Assembly (NCBI RefSeq): GCF_001194135.2
Contig: NC_068996.1
Location: 33,150,171-33,214,170, forward strand
Reading direction: 5' to 3'
Length of the DNA: 64,000 nt
Source: Octopus bimaculoides
Taxonomy: Eukaryota
Shown here: in pieces, positions 25,700-38,625 of the stretch
Numbering within the stretch: the first letter of the stretch is position 1
Layout: each line of letters begins with the position of its first letter
Program-made: the position numbers and the translations under genes
The notes under the pieces: model-generated
Databases searched by the model: none
What the model saw: the letters and a program-made list of their open reading frames with translations, nothing else
What the model was told of the DNA's origin: nothing

Positions 25700-26021
25700 T
25701 AACTGAGACCGTCACCTGTCAATCAGCGAAGCCACTTCAGTGTCAGCCTGTCTCACTTAATAATGTTATTTTCCTGCCGGCATGTTATGACTTTCAAGCC
25801 ATATTTGGTCTTCCCGCTTCAGCCATATATAGAAGCTGGCTTTTTCAACCGCCTCCTGTATCCTCCTTATCAGTTTTCTCAGTTCTGAGCTTGAAAACGC
25901 AAATCTTCTCTTGAATAGCGTTGTCATTTTTCTTTCAATGAAGCCTCTAGCCCCCACTGCCAGATGGTAGTACTCGACAGTCCATCCCTGTTCTCTGCAC
26001 TCTTCGATTAGTTTCTCGTAT
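25700..26021 (-). mobile_element. 3' end of a non-LTR element with a restriction-like endonuclease (Hero/R2-group-like)
   Basis: YEKLIEECREQGWTVEYYHLAVGARGFIERK...QEAVEKASFYIWLKRED fits the KY..L....GW....P.EVG.RGF...S..IW..R C-terminal pattern of these elements. The frame is open from the gap edge to the stop at 25766. Confidence 0.8.
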
Positions 26022-26312
26022 NNNNNNNNNNNNNNNNNNNNNNNNNNNNNNNNNNNNNNNNNNNNNNNNNNNNNNNNNNNNNNNNNNNNNNNNNNNNNNN
26101 NNNNNNNNNNNNNNNNNNNNNNNNNNNNNNNNNNNNNNNNNNNNNNNNNNNNNNNNNNNNNNNNNNNNNNNNNNNNNNNNNNNNNNNNNNNNNNNNNNNN
26201 NNNNNNNNNNNNNNNNNNNNNNNNNNNNNNNNNNNNTTTCAATAGATTTTTGTACATCTTTGACAAATTAGAATTCAGGATGAATCTAAACTTTAGTGTA
26301 ATGAGACACATA

Positions 26313-27190
26313 CAATGGGGGTATCCAAAATTAACCAGAAACATTCTCTGTGGGACAAGCTTCTGTCACTTGATGTGACTCTCAGGCATCAGTATGCCGA
26401 CCAGCATCTTCTGTTGAAGTTGTGGTGCATCTTTATTTTTCAGTGCTTCTCCACTGTTCATCAATTTTTGTGATGGCTGAAACAAAGGAACAGCGTGCTC
26501 CCATGAAATTCTGTTTTCTACTGAGGAAAACATCAACCAAAACAGTTATCATGCTTCTAATAACTTACAAGGATTCTGCCATGAGCAAGACAAGTTTATG
26601 AGTGGTTTTCATGCTTTAGAAATGGTCACTTGTCGCTTGAATACCAACCTTGTTCAGGACAACTGTCAACCCTCCAAACAAATGAAAACATCATGAAAAT
26701 TCATGAACTGACCTTGTAAGACTGTCTCTAAACAATTGACGAACTTATTGGTATGATTGGTATGTCCTGGAGCTCTTGCAATGAATTTTGAGCAAGGAAT
26801 TGTGGATGCAAAGAGTTGCATCAAAATTTGTGCCTCACTTACTTATGGAATATCAAAAGCAGTCATGACTGAATGCATGTCATGAACTGAAAGAACAGCT
26901 GGAAGTTGAGCTGGACCCTTTTTGTTCCCCCTAATGAAAAAAGTCCTCGAATGGAAAACGTTTTGCAGATGTGGAAGAGGTGAAGGCAAAAATGACAGAG
27001 GTATATCATAGACATCACTTTGCAAGAGTTCCAGCACTGCTTTGAACAGTGGAAAACGCATCTAGACCAATGCATTGCTTCAAATGGAGAATACTTTGAA
27101 GGTGATAGACATGTAAGTATATCATAGACATGTAAAACTAAGTGAATAAAATAATATTGCAAGATTCTGGTTTCTTTGGGTACCCCCTCG
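26313..27190 (+). mobile_element. Internally deleted mariner element
   Basis: TA-flanked TIRs caatgggggtatccaaaattaaccagaa / ttctggtttctttgggtaccccctcg. N-terminal MAETKEQRA.MKFCF and RVASKFVPHLL are joined to C-terminal KRFADVEEVK...CIASNGEYFEGD, so the catalytic core is absent. Confidence 0.9.
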
Positions 27191-27599
27191 TACATTAAGA
27201 TGTATTGAATGACCTCAAATGCTACATCTCTCACCGTTTTTATTTGTTTTCTTTATGTATATATGAAGAGAGGATATGATTATAGCAGTTGGAGGAATTC
27301 AGTACATTTTCATGTTTCTCTCATTCTCTCTCTCTCTGTTTTGTGTAAGATCATATTTCTTTTTATGTGTATGAGGAGAGGGAAAATGTTTGTCAGTCAT
27401 ATTCAATTAATAAATTGTAATGTCTCTCTGTACATGTGCCAAAGAAGCCATCACCAGAACTTACTGGATGTCCTGTCAGCCTTGCCAAATCACCAGCATA
27501 ATAAAAATAGCTGTGCTCATTCTGATTGTCTACATAGCTCTTCCTGTCATTGGATATGACTGACAGTGAATGAAATAGCTAGTGGCCAAAATCTCGAAA

Positions 27600-28205
27600 T
27601 AATACAGATCCACACAAGTAATGGTGCAACATTTCATCAAGATGGTAACACTGTACAGGCAAGTGATTAGTTGGACTGAGAACCAACATTCAGAACCAAG
27701 GAAAAGGATACCATACTATCTGATGTAGAACTTACATTTTCATTCATCTGAATTACTGTGCCTAACTGTGGTCATTACAACTGGTGGCAGGATTGAAGGC
27801 AATCCAGTGCCACTACACAAAGAGGATCAACTTGGTGCAAGAGATGAGCTACTCAGAGAGGCTAAAGGAACTGAAATTCTATTCCCTAAAGAGAAGGTGT
27901 GAAATATATGCAATGATATACTTATGGAAGATCCTGGAAGGTTTAGCTCCCAACTACAGAATTGAAAGCTATACCAACCATTGAACTGGATGGCACTGCA
28001 TAGTATCAAAGTTTCTATCTAGAATAAGGACCCAGTACTGTAAAAGCTTGGGTTTCAAGGGTCCACAACTATTCAGCATTCTGTCAAACAGACTCAGAGA
28101 TTTGCAATGTGCTGATGTGGAGATCTTCAAAAAATTTCTGGACAAATTTTTACCTGAGATACTAGATGATCCTGCATCATGGCAGGAAACACAAAGAACA
28201 GCAGC
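27600..28205 (+). mobile_element. CR1-clade LINE 3' coding remnant
   Basis: YSERLKELKFYSLKRRCEIYAMIYLWKILEGLAPN and GPQLFSIL...FKKFLDKFLPEILDDP. Confidence 0.8.
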
Positions 28206-28213
28206 TCTGAAAC

Positions 28214-28380
28214 TATCATCATCATTTAATGTCTATTTTCCATGCTGGCATGGGTTAGATGGTTTGATCAGAACTGTACCAGGATCCAGACTGATTTGGC
28301 ATGGTTTCCACAGCTGGATGCCCTTCCTAATGCCAACCACTTTACAGTGTGCTGGGAGTACTTTCCCATGGCACTGACAC
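28214..28380 (-). mobile_element. RTE 3'-end fragment
   Basis: catcatcatttaatgtc...ggatgcccttcctaatgccaacc is the reverse complement of the RTE tail. Confidence 0.8.
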
Positions 28381-28559
28381 AGGGCTCTTGCAATCCTCTT
28401 CACCAGGGGGAGCAGCCTTAAAACCTCTGCTATGGAATATGGGTTTCTAACCTTTGTATGTCCCCTGCATTCAGGGCATACATCTTACTACCATGTACAA
28501 TCATACAATCTTCCTTTCCCTCAGAGAGAGAAACTTTTCATAACCAACAGCAGTAACAG

Positions 28560-30335
28560 CTCTCTGAGTTTCCTTTATCCTATTATTGTAGCTATTACAC
28601 TCTCTGTACATCCTCCTCCACTACCTCTAATGAGCCATCAGGGCATTTGAGAGAATAAATTTCCCAAGTATCTGTAGTTTTTATGAATCCTGTGCATCTT
28701 CCACATATGAACACTACTTTCTCTGATAACCTTCCTATTATTCCACTGCACCTCTTGTGTGTCCATAGCGTACACAGGGTACACCATATGGAGTTCCTGC
28801 CTACACCTTTCCTACAAATCAAGCAGGGCCACCTACCTGAAGGGGATAAGATCCAGCCTGTCTTCTTGCTTACCTTAGTTTTTGCTAAGTTAACCTTAAG
28901 GCTCTTAGATTCCAGGTTTTGCTTCCACACCTGGAATTTCTTTTCTAGCTCTGATATGGAATTTGTTATGAGAGCAAGATCATCAGCATATAGTAGTTCC
29001 CAGAGGCTGCCAGTCTTGAATTCCTCTTTTTTAGTCTGGAGGACAATGATGAAAAAGAGGGGAGTGAGGACCGAGCCTTGATGAAACCTACCTGTAAACC
29101 GAATTCTTTGCTGTATTTGTGGTTAACTCTCACCTTTCTGACAGTTATCTTTGTACATGACCTGTACAGCTTTCACAAGCTACTCATCTACCTCTAGCCC
29201 CATCAGAGCCCACCATATCACACAGTGGGGTACTCTACTGAAGGCTTTCTTTAGATCAACGGATGCCAAGTATGATGGTTTATTCTTAGCTAAGTACTTC
29301 TCTTGCAGTTGCCTGACTATCAAAATAGTAGTACTTCTCCCAGGACAAAACCAAACTGTATTTCGTCTAGTTTAATTCTGCTCCTAATTAAGTAGGCTAT
29401 AACTTTCTCTGTAATTTTCATTACCTAGTCCATAGGTTTGATGCCACTGTAATTGTTTCTATCTAAAGCATCTCCCTTACCCTTGCAACAGCTAACAATA
29501 ATGCTGCTAAGCCAATATTACACCTTCCTGAATGATCTGATTAACTATGCAGGTGACTAGCCTGTATCCTACCTAATCGGATATTTTGAGCATCTCAGAA
29601 ATGATTCCAGATGGACCAGGGACTTTCCTGTTTTCATGTCTTAAATTGTTTTATCTACCATACTGCTGTCCACTAGCATAGCTGGTCCTTCTGTTAGGTT
29701 CACATGTAGGAGATTCCCTTTATCCCATTCATTCTCCACATTCAACAGTCTTGCATAGTAACTCATCCACACCTCTTTCTTGTCTGCAAGTGCAAGCATA
29801 CCATTATCCATCTGCACACACTGTCAAGCAATCTGGAACACTTCAAGTTTCTGATCTTCATGCTATAGGACATTGGCAAACCTCTTCTTTTTCTGCTTCT
29901 ACCCTAGCTAGATAAACCTGACAACTTCCCTTTTAGCTTTCTAGTATGGTCCTTTGGTACCTACCTCTTTTCCATTCTTTTCAAACCTGTCTCTTCTCTT
30001 TTATGACCCTGTAAACATCACTATTCCATTAACATGTCACCCTTGGTCTGGCAGAAGCTTTGCTCTAACCACAGATTTGGTCTGTCGCCCTCAGTAGATT
30101 GATTGTCCTGTAGGAACTTCCATATGTCTTTATCTCTTCCTTCTCATCAAAAGCTTCATTAAGAACACCTCTAAATCCCTGCCTGTTTGAAGGATCTTTG
30201 AGCTTCCACAACCTCCTTTTCCATATCAGATTGCATCTCTGGATCCTTCTGGCTATGAGCCTAAAGTCACTTAACCAATAAAAGATAAAGTTGGACATAC
30301 TTGGACATTTGGAAGCATACTTCAGTATGACCCAT
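28560..30335 (-). mobile_element. Decayed RTE LINE (linker, RT, Cys-rich insert)
   Basis: IWKRRLWKLKDP, YLASVDLKKAF, LYADDL, and GRWPCLICRKGVGRNSIWCTLCTLWTHKRCSG...FICGRC. Confidence 0.9.
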
Positions 30336-30339
30336 TCCT

Positions 30340-31520
30340 AATGAATCAACTCCTCTGGCCTCGCCAACACTATTGTTTTCCATTCTAACATATCCAACTT
30401 AATGGTGGCAGCCATAAACAATAATGCTCTTTATCACCTTAAAAGTTTCTCTTTCCTCGATGACCACCAGTACAGCTTCTACAGAGCCAGATCCACTGGT
30501 CACCCTACTACTTACCAGTAGGTTCTCACTTTAGAAAAGTTTGGCAAAAGCAATGTTTTTGCTGTAAATATCAGCAAGTCCTTTGACCATGTCTGACATT
30601 CATATCTTCTATTAAAACTTCCTGCCTATGGGCTTCACTCATCTTTCATCTCTTAGAGTGGTAGCTTCCTATCAAATTGTACCATTATGGCATGTTTTGA
30701 TGGAACTCTTTCTGTTCCATTCTCAGACAACTGATGTTCCCCAGAGTACACATTTGTCCTACTTTCTGTTCTATATATCAATGACCTATTTGCTGCTACA
30801 TCCAATGTTGCTTGCTCTTATGTAAATGGCATGACTCTTCATTTCTTTCTGACCTTCCTTAACCATGTATCATCTGCACAAACCCAACTTGCATTGATTC
30901 TATGAATGAATATTATAAGATCCCCATTGGAATCATGCTGACCATGTCTTTTTTAACAGCAAAAATAAACAAAAAAAAAAACCTCAAACACTACTCATAT
31001 CAAGAAAACATCACTGTACCACAACCTCACTAAATATGAACAGCACCCAGTTACAGCCTTCACAGTTGCTAGAAATGATCATTATCACTGAGGTTCTCTC
31101 TTCACCATATTCTTTAGGGCCAGAAGATATTTCAGCCTGCAACAGCTGCTGACACTCTACAAGGCTTAAGTGAGGACCACAATGGAGAAGTGCTCCCACA
31201 TCTGGAATGGTGTTGCTGTTATGCACAAAGACATCCTGGATCTCATCCAATAAAAGTTATTTGACTAATTGACACATTCTAGTTCCTGCTCCACAGGTAT
31301 GCTGTCTCTTTTTACTGCTTATCTATTACTCCTTAGAGCTTGTATTGTATTCTCATCACTCAGGCATCCCTGACCCACTTAGCACTCCACATTATGTCAC
31401 TCTTGGTGCATTCCCACCTGTTCTCAGCATCCCTAACTTTTATTCTTGATCCTTCCTCCCCACAACATTGGCCCTCAAAAATGTTTTTCCAGCTTATATC
31501 TTTCTCGTAGGTGTTGACAT
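30340..31520 (+). mobile_element. Decayed CR1/L2-type RT
   Basis: VNISKSFDHV*HSYLLLKLPAYG, a VPQ-x-PTF-YINDL remnant, and a KA*VRTTMEKCSHIWNG remnant. Confidence 0.7.
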
Positions 31521-32124
31521 CTAACAGTTAAAAAAAAAACATTAACAGCATCAATTTCACCAGTTTTGGAGGATCTACAAGGGTCCATGAGCTTTGTTCC
31601 TGCCTCTACATTCAGCACATAAAAAAAGTTAAAAAAAAGATTAGAGCTTTACTGAAGACAATGACTAAATAATCACTTATCAAGTCATTAGTAACCTAGG
31701 TCTTTATGCTCAACAATCTTCCTTCACAACAATTATACTGGTTTGCAATTGTAGTGATGGAGCATAATATCAAGAAATTGATGATGTTGCAATGCTCCAT
31801 ATCATTAAAAAATGAGAGAAGTATTATGACATAAATTAAAAATTTGTTTAAAATAAATATCAGCAATATATTGGAGTAAAATTTTATCAACTTTACTTTT
31901 CCTCTATGAATTGAGACTTGTACCTAAGTAAAGAAAAAAAATTTGCAATAGAAATTTTAAAAAATACAGAAGTTACAATACTTATTGCAAAATATAATTT
32001 ACTGAACAGATTTGAGGAATGAAATGGAAATATACTTTATTTCGAAAATAAAATAAATTGTTGGCAATTGTAAATCACCACCATTAATTTTTAAGAATTA
32101 TTTATATATAAAAAACAAGAAATA

Positions 32125-32268
32125 TTATCTTTCAAGAAGATAAGAATATTCAGTCCAGAACTTATTGGCAATCATATCAACATTAAGAGTTAAAATCCTT
32201 GGTTGGTATTTCTTTGGTTGTGTACTAGATGATGTGATACTGGTAAAAGTTTCTGATTCTTCATTTTT
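32125..32268 (-). CDS. Candidate terminal coding exon of an unidentified minus-strand gene
   Basis: Acceptor ctttatttttttcag, then open frame KNEESETFTSITSSSTQPKKYQPRILTLNVDMIANKFWTEYSYLLER*. AATAAA on the minus strand at 32036-32041. No family recognised. Confidence 0.5.
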   Translation of the reverse strand, partial: KNEESETFTSITSSSTQPKKYQPRILTLNVDMIANKFWTEYSYLLER

Positions 32269-32408
32269 CTGAAAAAAATAAAGTTTTGATCTGAATTCAT
32301 GTTTTGAAGCAATTACTGAAAGAATAATATTTTCCAGGGTTTAAATAAACATACATAAACTGTGGTAAAAAAAAAAAGATTACTCCCTATTTTACATGTT
32401 AATCATAC

Positions 32409-32462
32409 ATCACCACTGTCAGCCTGATGTAGAATCCACTTGCAACAGTAATAAAGACTTTC
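32409..32462 (-). CDS. Candidate 54-nt internal exon joining the 32268 exon in phase 0
   Basis: AG|ESLYYCCKWILHQADSGD|GTATGA, followed by a 140-nt GT-AG intron (32269-32408). Confidence 0.4.
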
Positions 32463-32994
32463 CTGTCTATGAAGCAATGAATGAACCTCTATGTGGTTTC
32501 TTAACCTAATAGAAATAGCTCCTATCATCTTAGAAAAAGACATGTTAGATAACGTCCTTGAGTTCCTTGCAGAAAAAAAAAAAAATCTGGTCTAGATAGG
32601 TCTGCTCAGTCATATCTACTCTGGGCCTAAACTCCAAGTCCCAGTTTTCATTTCTCTAAATTGTTTTTTGGATGCTTTCAATAGTTGTTCAACTATTTTT
32701 TGACCAGATTAAAGGACATCTATATTACATCACTTCCTTCTGAACTTATTGTAGCTTCAAAGCACACAACTAACAACTCTGGTCTTGTACATTTATTGTA
32801 CCAACAATACTGGCTTGCAAAGAACCTTAAGAATTTGTCATCTTGAATTGTCTGCATTAGTTCATATCCTCACTTAATCACCAGCTGAAACATTTGATTT
32901 CTTCTTTATAAGCAACAAACTAACAAGTGAAGTCAAATAGCCACTCCTAAACTACTTCACACAGGTAGGAAGTAGCCAATCCTTCATAGCTGCC

Positions 32995-35900
32995 ACTTCT
33001 CTGGATCAGTATAGATGCCATCTTCGTCCAAAACATGTCCGAGATACTTCACTTCCTTCTAGAACAGATAACACTTCTTCAGGCTTAACTTGAGACATGC
33101 AGTTCAAAACCTCTTGAATACCTCTGACAACCTCTCTATCTCCCCTGATTGAAAGTCCATCCAAATATGATGATATCAAGATAGATGAGAGCTGTCTGCC
33201 AGTGTAGGCCGTCCAGTACCCAACCCATGAGGCACTCGAATGTTGCAGGAGCATTACACAAACCAAATGGCATGACTTTGAACTACCACAAACCGTTCAT
33301 ATGAAAATGCAGTCTTTTCCTTATCTTTCTTGGCAACCTTGACTTGATGGTATCCTGCTTTAATATCTAAAGTAGAGAACCACTGGGCCCCTGCTAAAGC
33401 ATCAAGTGTGTTATCAATTCTGGGCATGGGATACACATCCTTCACTGTTACTTCATTCATAGCTCAATAATCCACACAACACCTCAGTGAGCTGTCTTTC
33501 TTCTGCACCAAAACAGCTGCTGATGCCCAGGGACTGCATGACTTTCCTATTACCCCCTAACATTGATAGTCTTCCATTTCCTGTTGCTGAGCTGGTTGTT
33601 TGATTGGGCGATGATCCTGTGTCAATATGGTGCTCCACCAGATCTGTGCAATCAAGATCTAGGTCTCATGCACAGAAAAGATCAGCATACTTCACAAGCA
33701 GCTGCCTCAACCACATCTGAGTGTCATCCAAGCACTGACAATTCTGTGCAAACAAATCTTGTAAATGTACCGGTAGACCTCCCACTTCCTCCGACTACAC
33801 TCCTTCTGTAGGTACACAGCCAACACTACTCCTGGTTCACTTCCTGACAGTCCCACAATTTGTTCTTTGCAAATCTTCTGTCTCCCATGAGAAATTAGCC
33901 GCCACAACTAGCACTTCATCACTACTTGTCTCCTCCAGGGTTTGCCCCACCATCACTCCAGCCTTCATCTTGCATTGTCTGTCGAGCTCCACCATCCCAA
34001 GATAGCCATCAAATGAGCCACTCACACTACATTGGAGCAGTCGATCCAATCTCAGTGGAATCACTGTCATCCGCAATGCCCTCACCTCACCACCAGTAGT
34101 GGTCCACTTTACCATCTTGACAGGGACTGATCTTCCTTTCACCCAATGCTTCATGGAGCAGAAGTCCAGCTAACACCCCTAGCCAAGTAATCCACACCCA
34201 AGAGACAAGGATCCTTCATATCCACCACATGGACAGAAAGCATGACCTCTTGCCCTGCAAGAGGTCATGCTTCAGTCGGGACATCAACAGGTGCCCTCAG
34301 TTCAGTATAATGACCAGTAAACACTACATAACTGCTGTGATAACTCTGGTAAATCTCAAGGCCAAATCAATCACAAAGGAACACTAATAGCTGTCAATCT
34401 TCCCATCCACTTTTATGCTGTCAATCACAGTCATTTTACATCCTCTCAGATGTGGGGCTGTTGCCCCTTAACATCAGCTCCTTCCAGTTTCCTGACTCTC
34501 CTTTATTTTATGAGCACGGCAGTCAGATGTTCAGTACTCTCTCCTAAATGTAAACTTTCTATTATCATTCTACTTTTGTTCTCTTTTCAAGCTGTAACAA
34601 TCTTGCTTCTTGTGTCTTGGCTTCCCACGGTGCCAGCAACTTCTTCCAACCATCTCTTGCTCTTTCTTCTTCAAACAGCTTTCATTGAATCTTCCTGCTT
34701 CCCATACTTGCTTTGAATCTGGAACTGTAGACCACCTGGGAACTTCTTGTGCTAGACTCAAATTCCAGAGCTCTAGCCAGTGCCTCTTGCATAATATTCA
34801 ATTGTGCCTGTTCAACTTGAACTTTAAGCTCTGCACTGCCCAGGGTAACAATTAACTGCTCTTTCATCAGAAGAGTCAAGAGGTCAGGTGTTGCCGTAGG
34901 GTATGCTTTATGTGCCACACTCTGTAGGTCCTGTGCAAGCTGTTGTAGTGACAAGCTATTGTAGTGAATTACATGAATCCGAAATCATACATTTCACTTG
35001 GGCACATAGTGCCATATCTCCTCTCTAACACTTTAGCTAGTGAAAAATAATGGCCTCTGTCCTCCACTGACAACTGGCCAAGCACCTCTAGTGCAGCACC
35101 CTTAGCAAGCTGAACTATTTTTACCTATTGTCCACCCATTCTTGTCAGCCAACAGATTAAACTGGACACAGTAGGCCTTCCATGATACTTTGCCATCAAA
35201 TTCTTGTGGCTTCTTCTTAATGGGAACTCTACTGCAGCCTTGCACTTTGCTAATTGAGGCCTAAATATTGGAGCCTCATGATTCAGTCCGGTATCCAAAA
35301 TTGCCTCCTGACCACCAGCAGGTACACCCACTCCTGGAAGAGCACCCCTAGAGGTTTGGATATTTTCAAAATTCAATACACGTTGTCCATCATTTCCAAA
35401 CACTCTCTGCACATCAGGCTGTGGCTCAGCAGCACAAAACTGTTCTACGTCTTCCATTCTCTCATTAAACATTTTCAACTGTTCATCTACATGTTGCTTA
35501 CACCATGTAATATCATCACTCACCTTACATCTGTACTGTTGTAATTCTTCACATATCTTTTTCTTGAACTGTTGTTATCCCTTTTGCAACTGCTGTTGAT
35601 CCTTCTCCATTCTTCTCTTGAATATGTCCAGTTGTCCCTGCAAATGTGTGTGCTGTGCTTTCTGCTCTTCCTTAAACTCAGTCAGTCTGTCACTTTGGTT
35701 TTGTAATATTTTCATGATTGCAGCCAGAAATATCACTTCCTTCCCTGCCTGCCTCCTCGTGCACACTCCTTCCCGGAATTTTTCAAAGGAGGGCACAAGG
35801 TCAGAAGGGAATACAATTCCAGGAGAAAAGGGCATAATAACATTATTTAGAAGGGCGCACTTCTTTTCTTGAGTGCGCCCTGTCTTCCAACTCCCATAGC

Positions 35901-36250
35901 AAATAATTGGCTCACAGCAGCAATAAAAATCCCATTTCTGAATTTCTGACACCAAATGTTGTAAAATGTGACCTCCAACAGTCAAGTCAGTTACTAGGAA
36001 ACTGCAGGATAACCCAGTAAGCCAACTTGCTTAGTGTGCAAGAAGTAATTGTACCTGGCTGGATGTCTTCTTCATCATCAGGGTTCACTTTGACAGGTCA
36101 CATCACATCTTTATGTCAACTGTCTTCGTTGCCAAATTCACACTTACTGTTTCTGAAGCGAACTTCACACTGAGTGTCTTTTTCTTGTTTGTTTATGCTG
36201 TCATCTTCACACTCTGCATTCTTTATGTTACTAATTGATACTGCACATTC
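32995..36250 (-). mobile_element. Decayed, 3'-truncated Ty3/Gypsy LTR retrotransposon (5' LTR, PBS, gag, protease, RT)
   Basis: RT motifs KDVYPMPRIDNTLDALAGAQWFSTLDIKAGYHQV, MPFGLCNAPATF and YLDD, with gag-like frames at 34680-35985. The LTR inner end TGT is at 35957. No RNase H, integrase or 3' LTR is seen, and the outer LTR end is approximate. Confidence 0.9.
35929..35954 (-). other. Gypsy primer-binding site, tRNA-Leu-like, with a small internal duplication
   Basis: Minus strand TGGTGTCAGAAATTCAGAAATGGGAT, 2 nt from the LTR end. It resembles TGGTGTCAGAAGTGGGAT with a repeated TCAGAAA unit. Confidence 0.7.
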
Positions 36251-37321
36251 CTTTACCAGTTCAAATCATCCACCTCACAGCAAAGACACACAAAACAAAG
36301 AAAAATGTGCAGCATGCTTCAAATTAGTCACTTGATCAATCACGTAATATTTCTCCTTTGTAACAATAACATAAAGTGAGAAAGACAAATTATGGATATA
36401 AAATATAAGAAAGATATAACTTGAATAAGTCATTGCTAAAATGCTAAAATTGTTATCAGAAATTGTTATCTTGCTAGTCAGATTCGATGGAAAGATATAA
36501 TTTCTACATTCTATCAAATTAACATAATTATCAACAACTCATAATGCTATTGAGGGTAAAAGGGTATTATGAAATAACTATGGACCTTATTTATAATCTA
36601 TTAACTTTTTCAATGTAACACCTTCCTTAAACACTTCATTATCCATTGAAAATGAAACCATTTTTAGTGTGCTTTAGCTGAGCAGACTGAAGTTACCTAC
36701 CAAAAACAAGTAATTCCAAGACAAAAGTAATTCACCAAAACTAGGATCTGCAGAAAGGATAGATAACTGACAGACAATGATAATGGTTGTGCAATTTAGT
36801 TGTTATCAAGCAGTCCAATGATATATATATAAAGTTGACAAATGATAAGCTGCAACTCATAAATCTGTTTTTGTAGTATTCCATGTCTCTACAATATACA
36901 CACACCAACATGCAGTGATGAATCATATAGAGTGCAGTGTGATATTTTGGACATGTCACATCATCTCCACTGTTGAATTTATTTCTGTGTACCTTTCTAA
37001 ATTTGTTGGTGACTGTAGTGAAACTGGGCAAGTTGCTGTTTCTCTGTACTTATTGTGATAGTCTGCATCAAGCACAGTGTTTGGGACTAGTGAGGCTATT
37101 GGTGTGCATATGTTTATATGTTTGTCTGGGCTGAGTGAGAAGATCAAGCATATTTATAAACAAAGTTATTCTAGTTATGACCATCCTGTCCTGTTGTCTA
37201 TGAAGAAATATACTGCCTAGTATATCCTTTTCTTATGGTATCATTTGAGATTTGGCTACTATTTATAACATTGAATGAGAGGGAGATAAGAAATAGGAAG
37301 ATCTGTATCTAATTAGTAAAT

Positions 37322-37457
37322 TAAGACAGGTGTGACAACATGGTAAGAAGTTTGCTTCCTAACAACATGGTTTCAAGTTCAGTCCAACTGTGTGGTACCT
37401 TGTCTTTGGGCTGACCAAAGCCTTGATTGGATTTGGTAGAGGGAAAATGAAAGAAGC

Positions 37458-37460
<3 letters not shown>
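37322..37460 (+). mobile_element. tRNA-derived SINE, 5' part
   Basis: ggtttcaagttcagtccaactgtgtggtaccttg...gaccaaagccttg...gatttggtaga...aaagaagccc. Confidence 0.8.
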
Positions 37461-37840
<380 letters not shown>

Positions 37841-37928
37841 TGAACTAGCTCACTCCTACCTCATTTTAATCACCTCACCAAAAGAATAGAAAACCAGATG
37901 TTCAGATAAGCAATATTGTTTTTCAGTC

Positions 37929-38625
37929 GGCATAACTACAGAGTTGTACCCCCCAGACTTTAGAAGGTCATAACTTTCTGAAAAATGAATATTTTTTAAT
38001 GAAATTTTCTATGCATATAGTATTTATTATGTAGATTCTGTAAAAGTACTTTTCGGTAAAAGTATTTTGGAATGGGGGTGGGGGACAATTTTCGGAAATT
38101 CCAACAGAGTCCACTTAAATTCTTCTTAACTTCCAGGAAAATGAATATTTTTTCGTGAAATTTTCTACAAATATACCTTGATGTATGTACATTTCGAGCA
38201 TGTAGGAATTTTGAAGGAAACAACTGCAGGTTATTTTTGAGAAGTGTTCCCCACTCGGTGGTGTTTCGGAGCAAGTCGTCCATAATTGTTTCATTTTTCT
38301 CTAACGCTTCTCAAAAATAACCTGCAGTTGTTTCCTTCAAAATTCCTACATGCTCGAAATGTACATACATCAAGATAAATATGTAGAAAATTTCTTGAAA
38401 AATATTCTTTTTCCTGGAAGTTAAGAAGAATTTAAGTGGACTCTGTTGGAATTTCCGAAAATTGTCCCCCACCCCCATTCCAAAACACTTTTACCAGAAA
38501 TTTTTGTATATTCAGAATCTACATAATAAATACTAAATGCATAGAAAATTTCATTAAAAAAATATTCATTTTTCTGAAAGTTATGACCTTCCAAAGTCTG
38601 GGGGGTACAACTCTGTAGTTATGCC
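37929..38625. mobile_element. Foldback non-autonomous DNA transposon, ~320-bp arms, 8-bp TSD
   Basis: Ends ggcataactacag / ctgtagttatgcc with an exact TSD tttcagtc (37921-37928 and 38626-38633). The arms are nearly identical. GG ends with an 8-bp TSD fit Mutator or Merlin, and the superfamily is unresolved. Confidence 0.92.

Noticed and set aside
32750-32885. Exon-like LVIK*GYELMQTIQDDKFLRFF
   Set aside because: It has an in-frame stop and no convincing phase-0 donor to join the 32462 exon.
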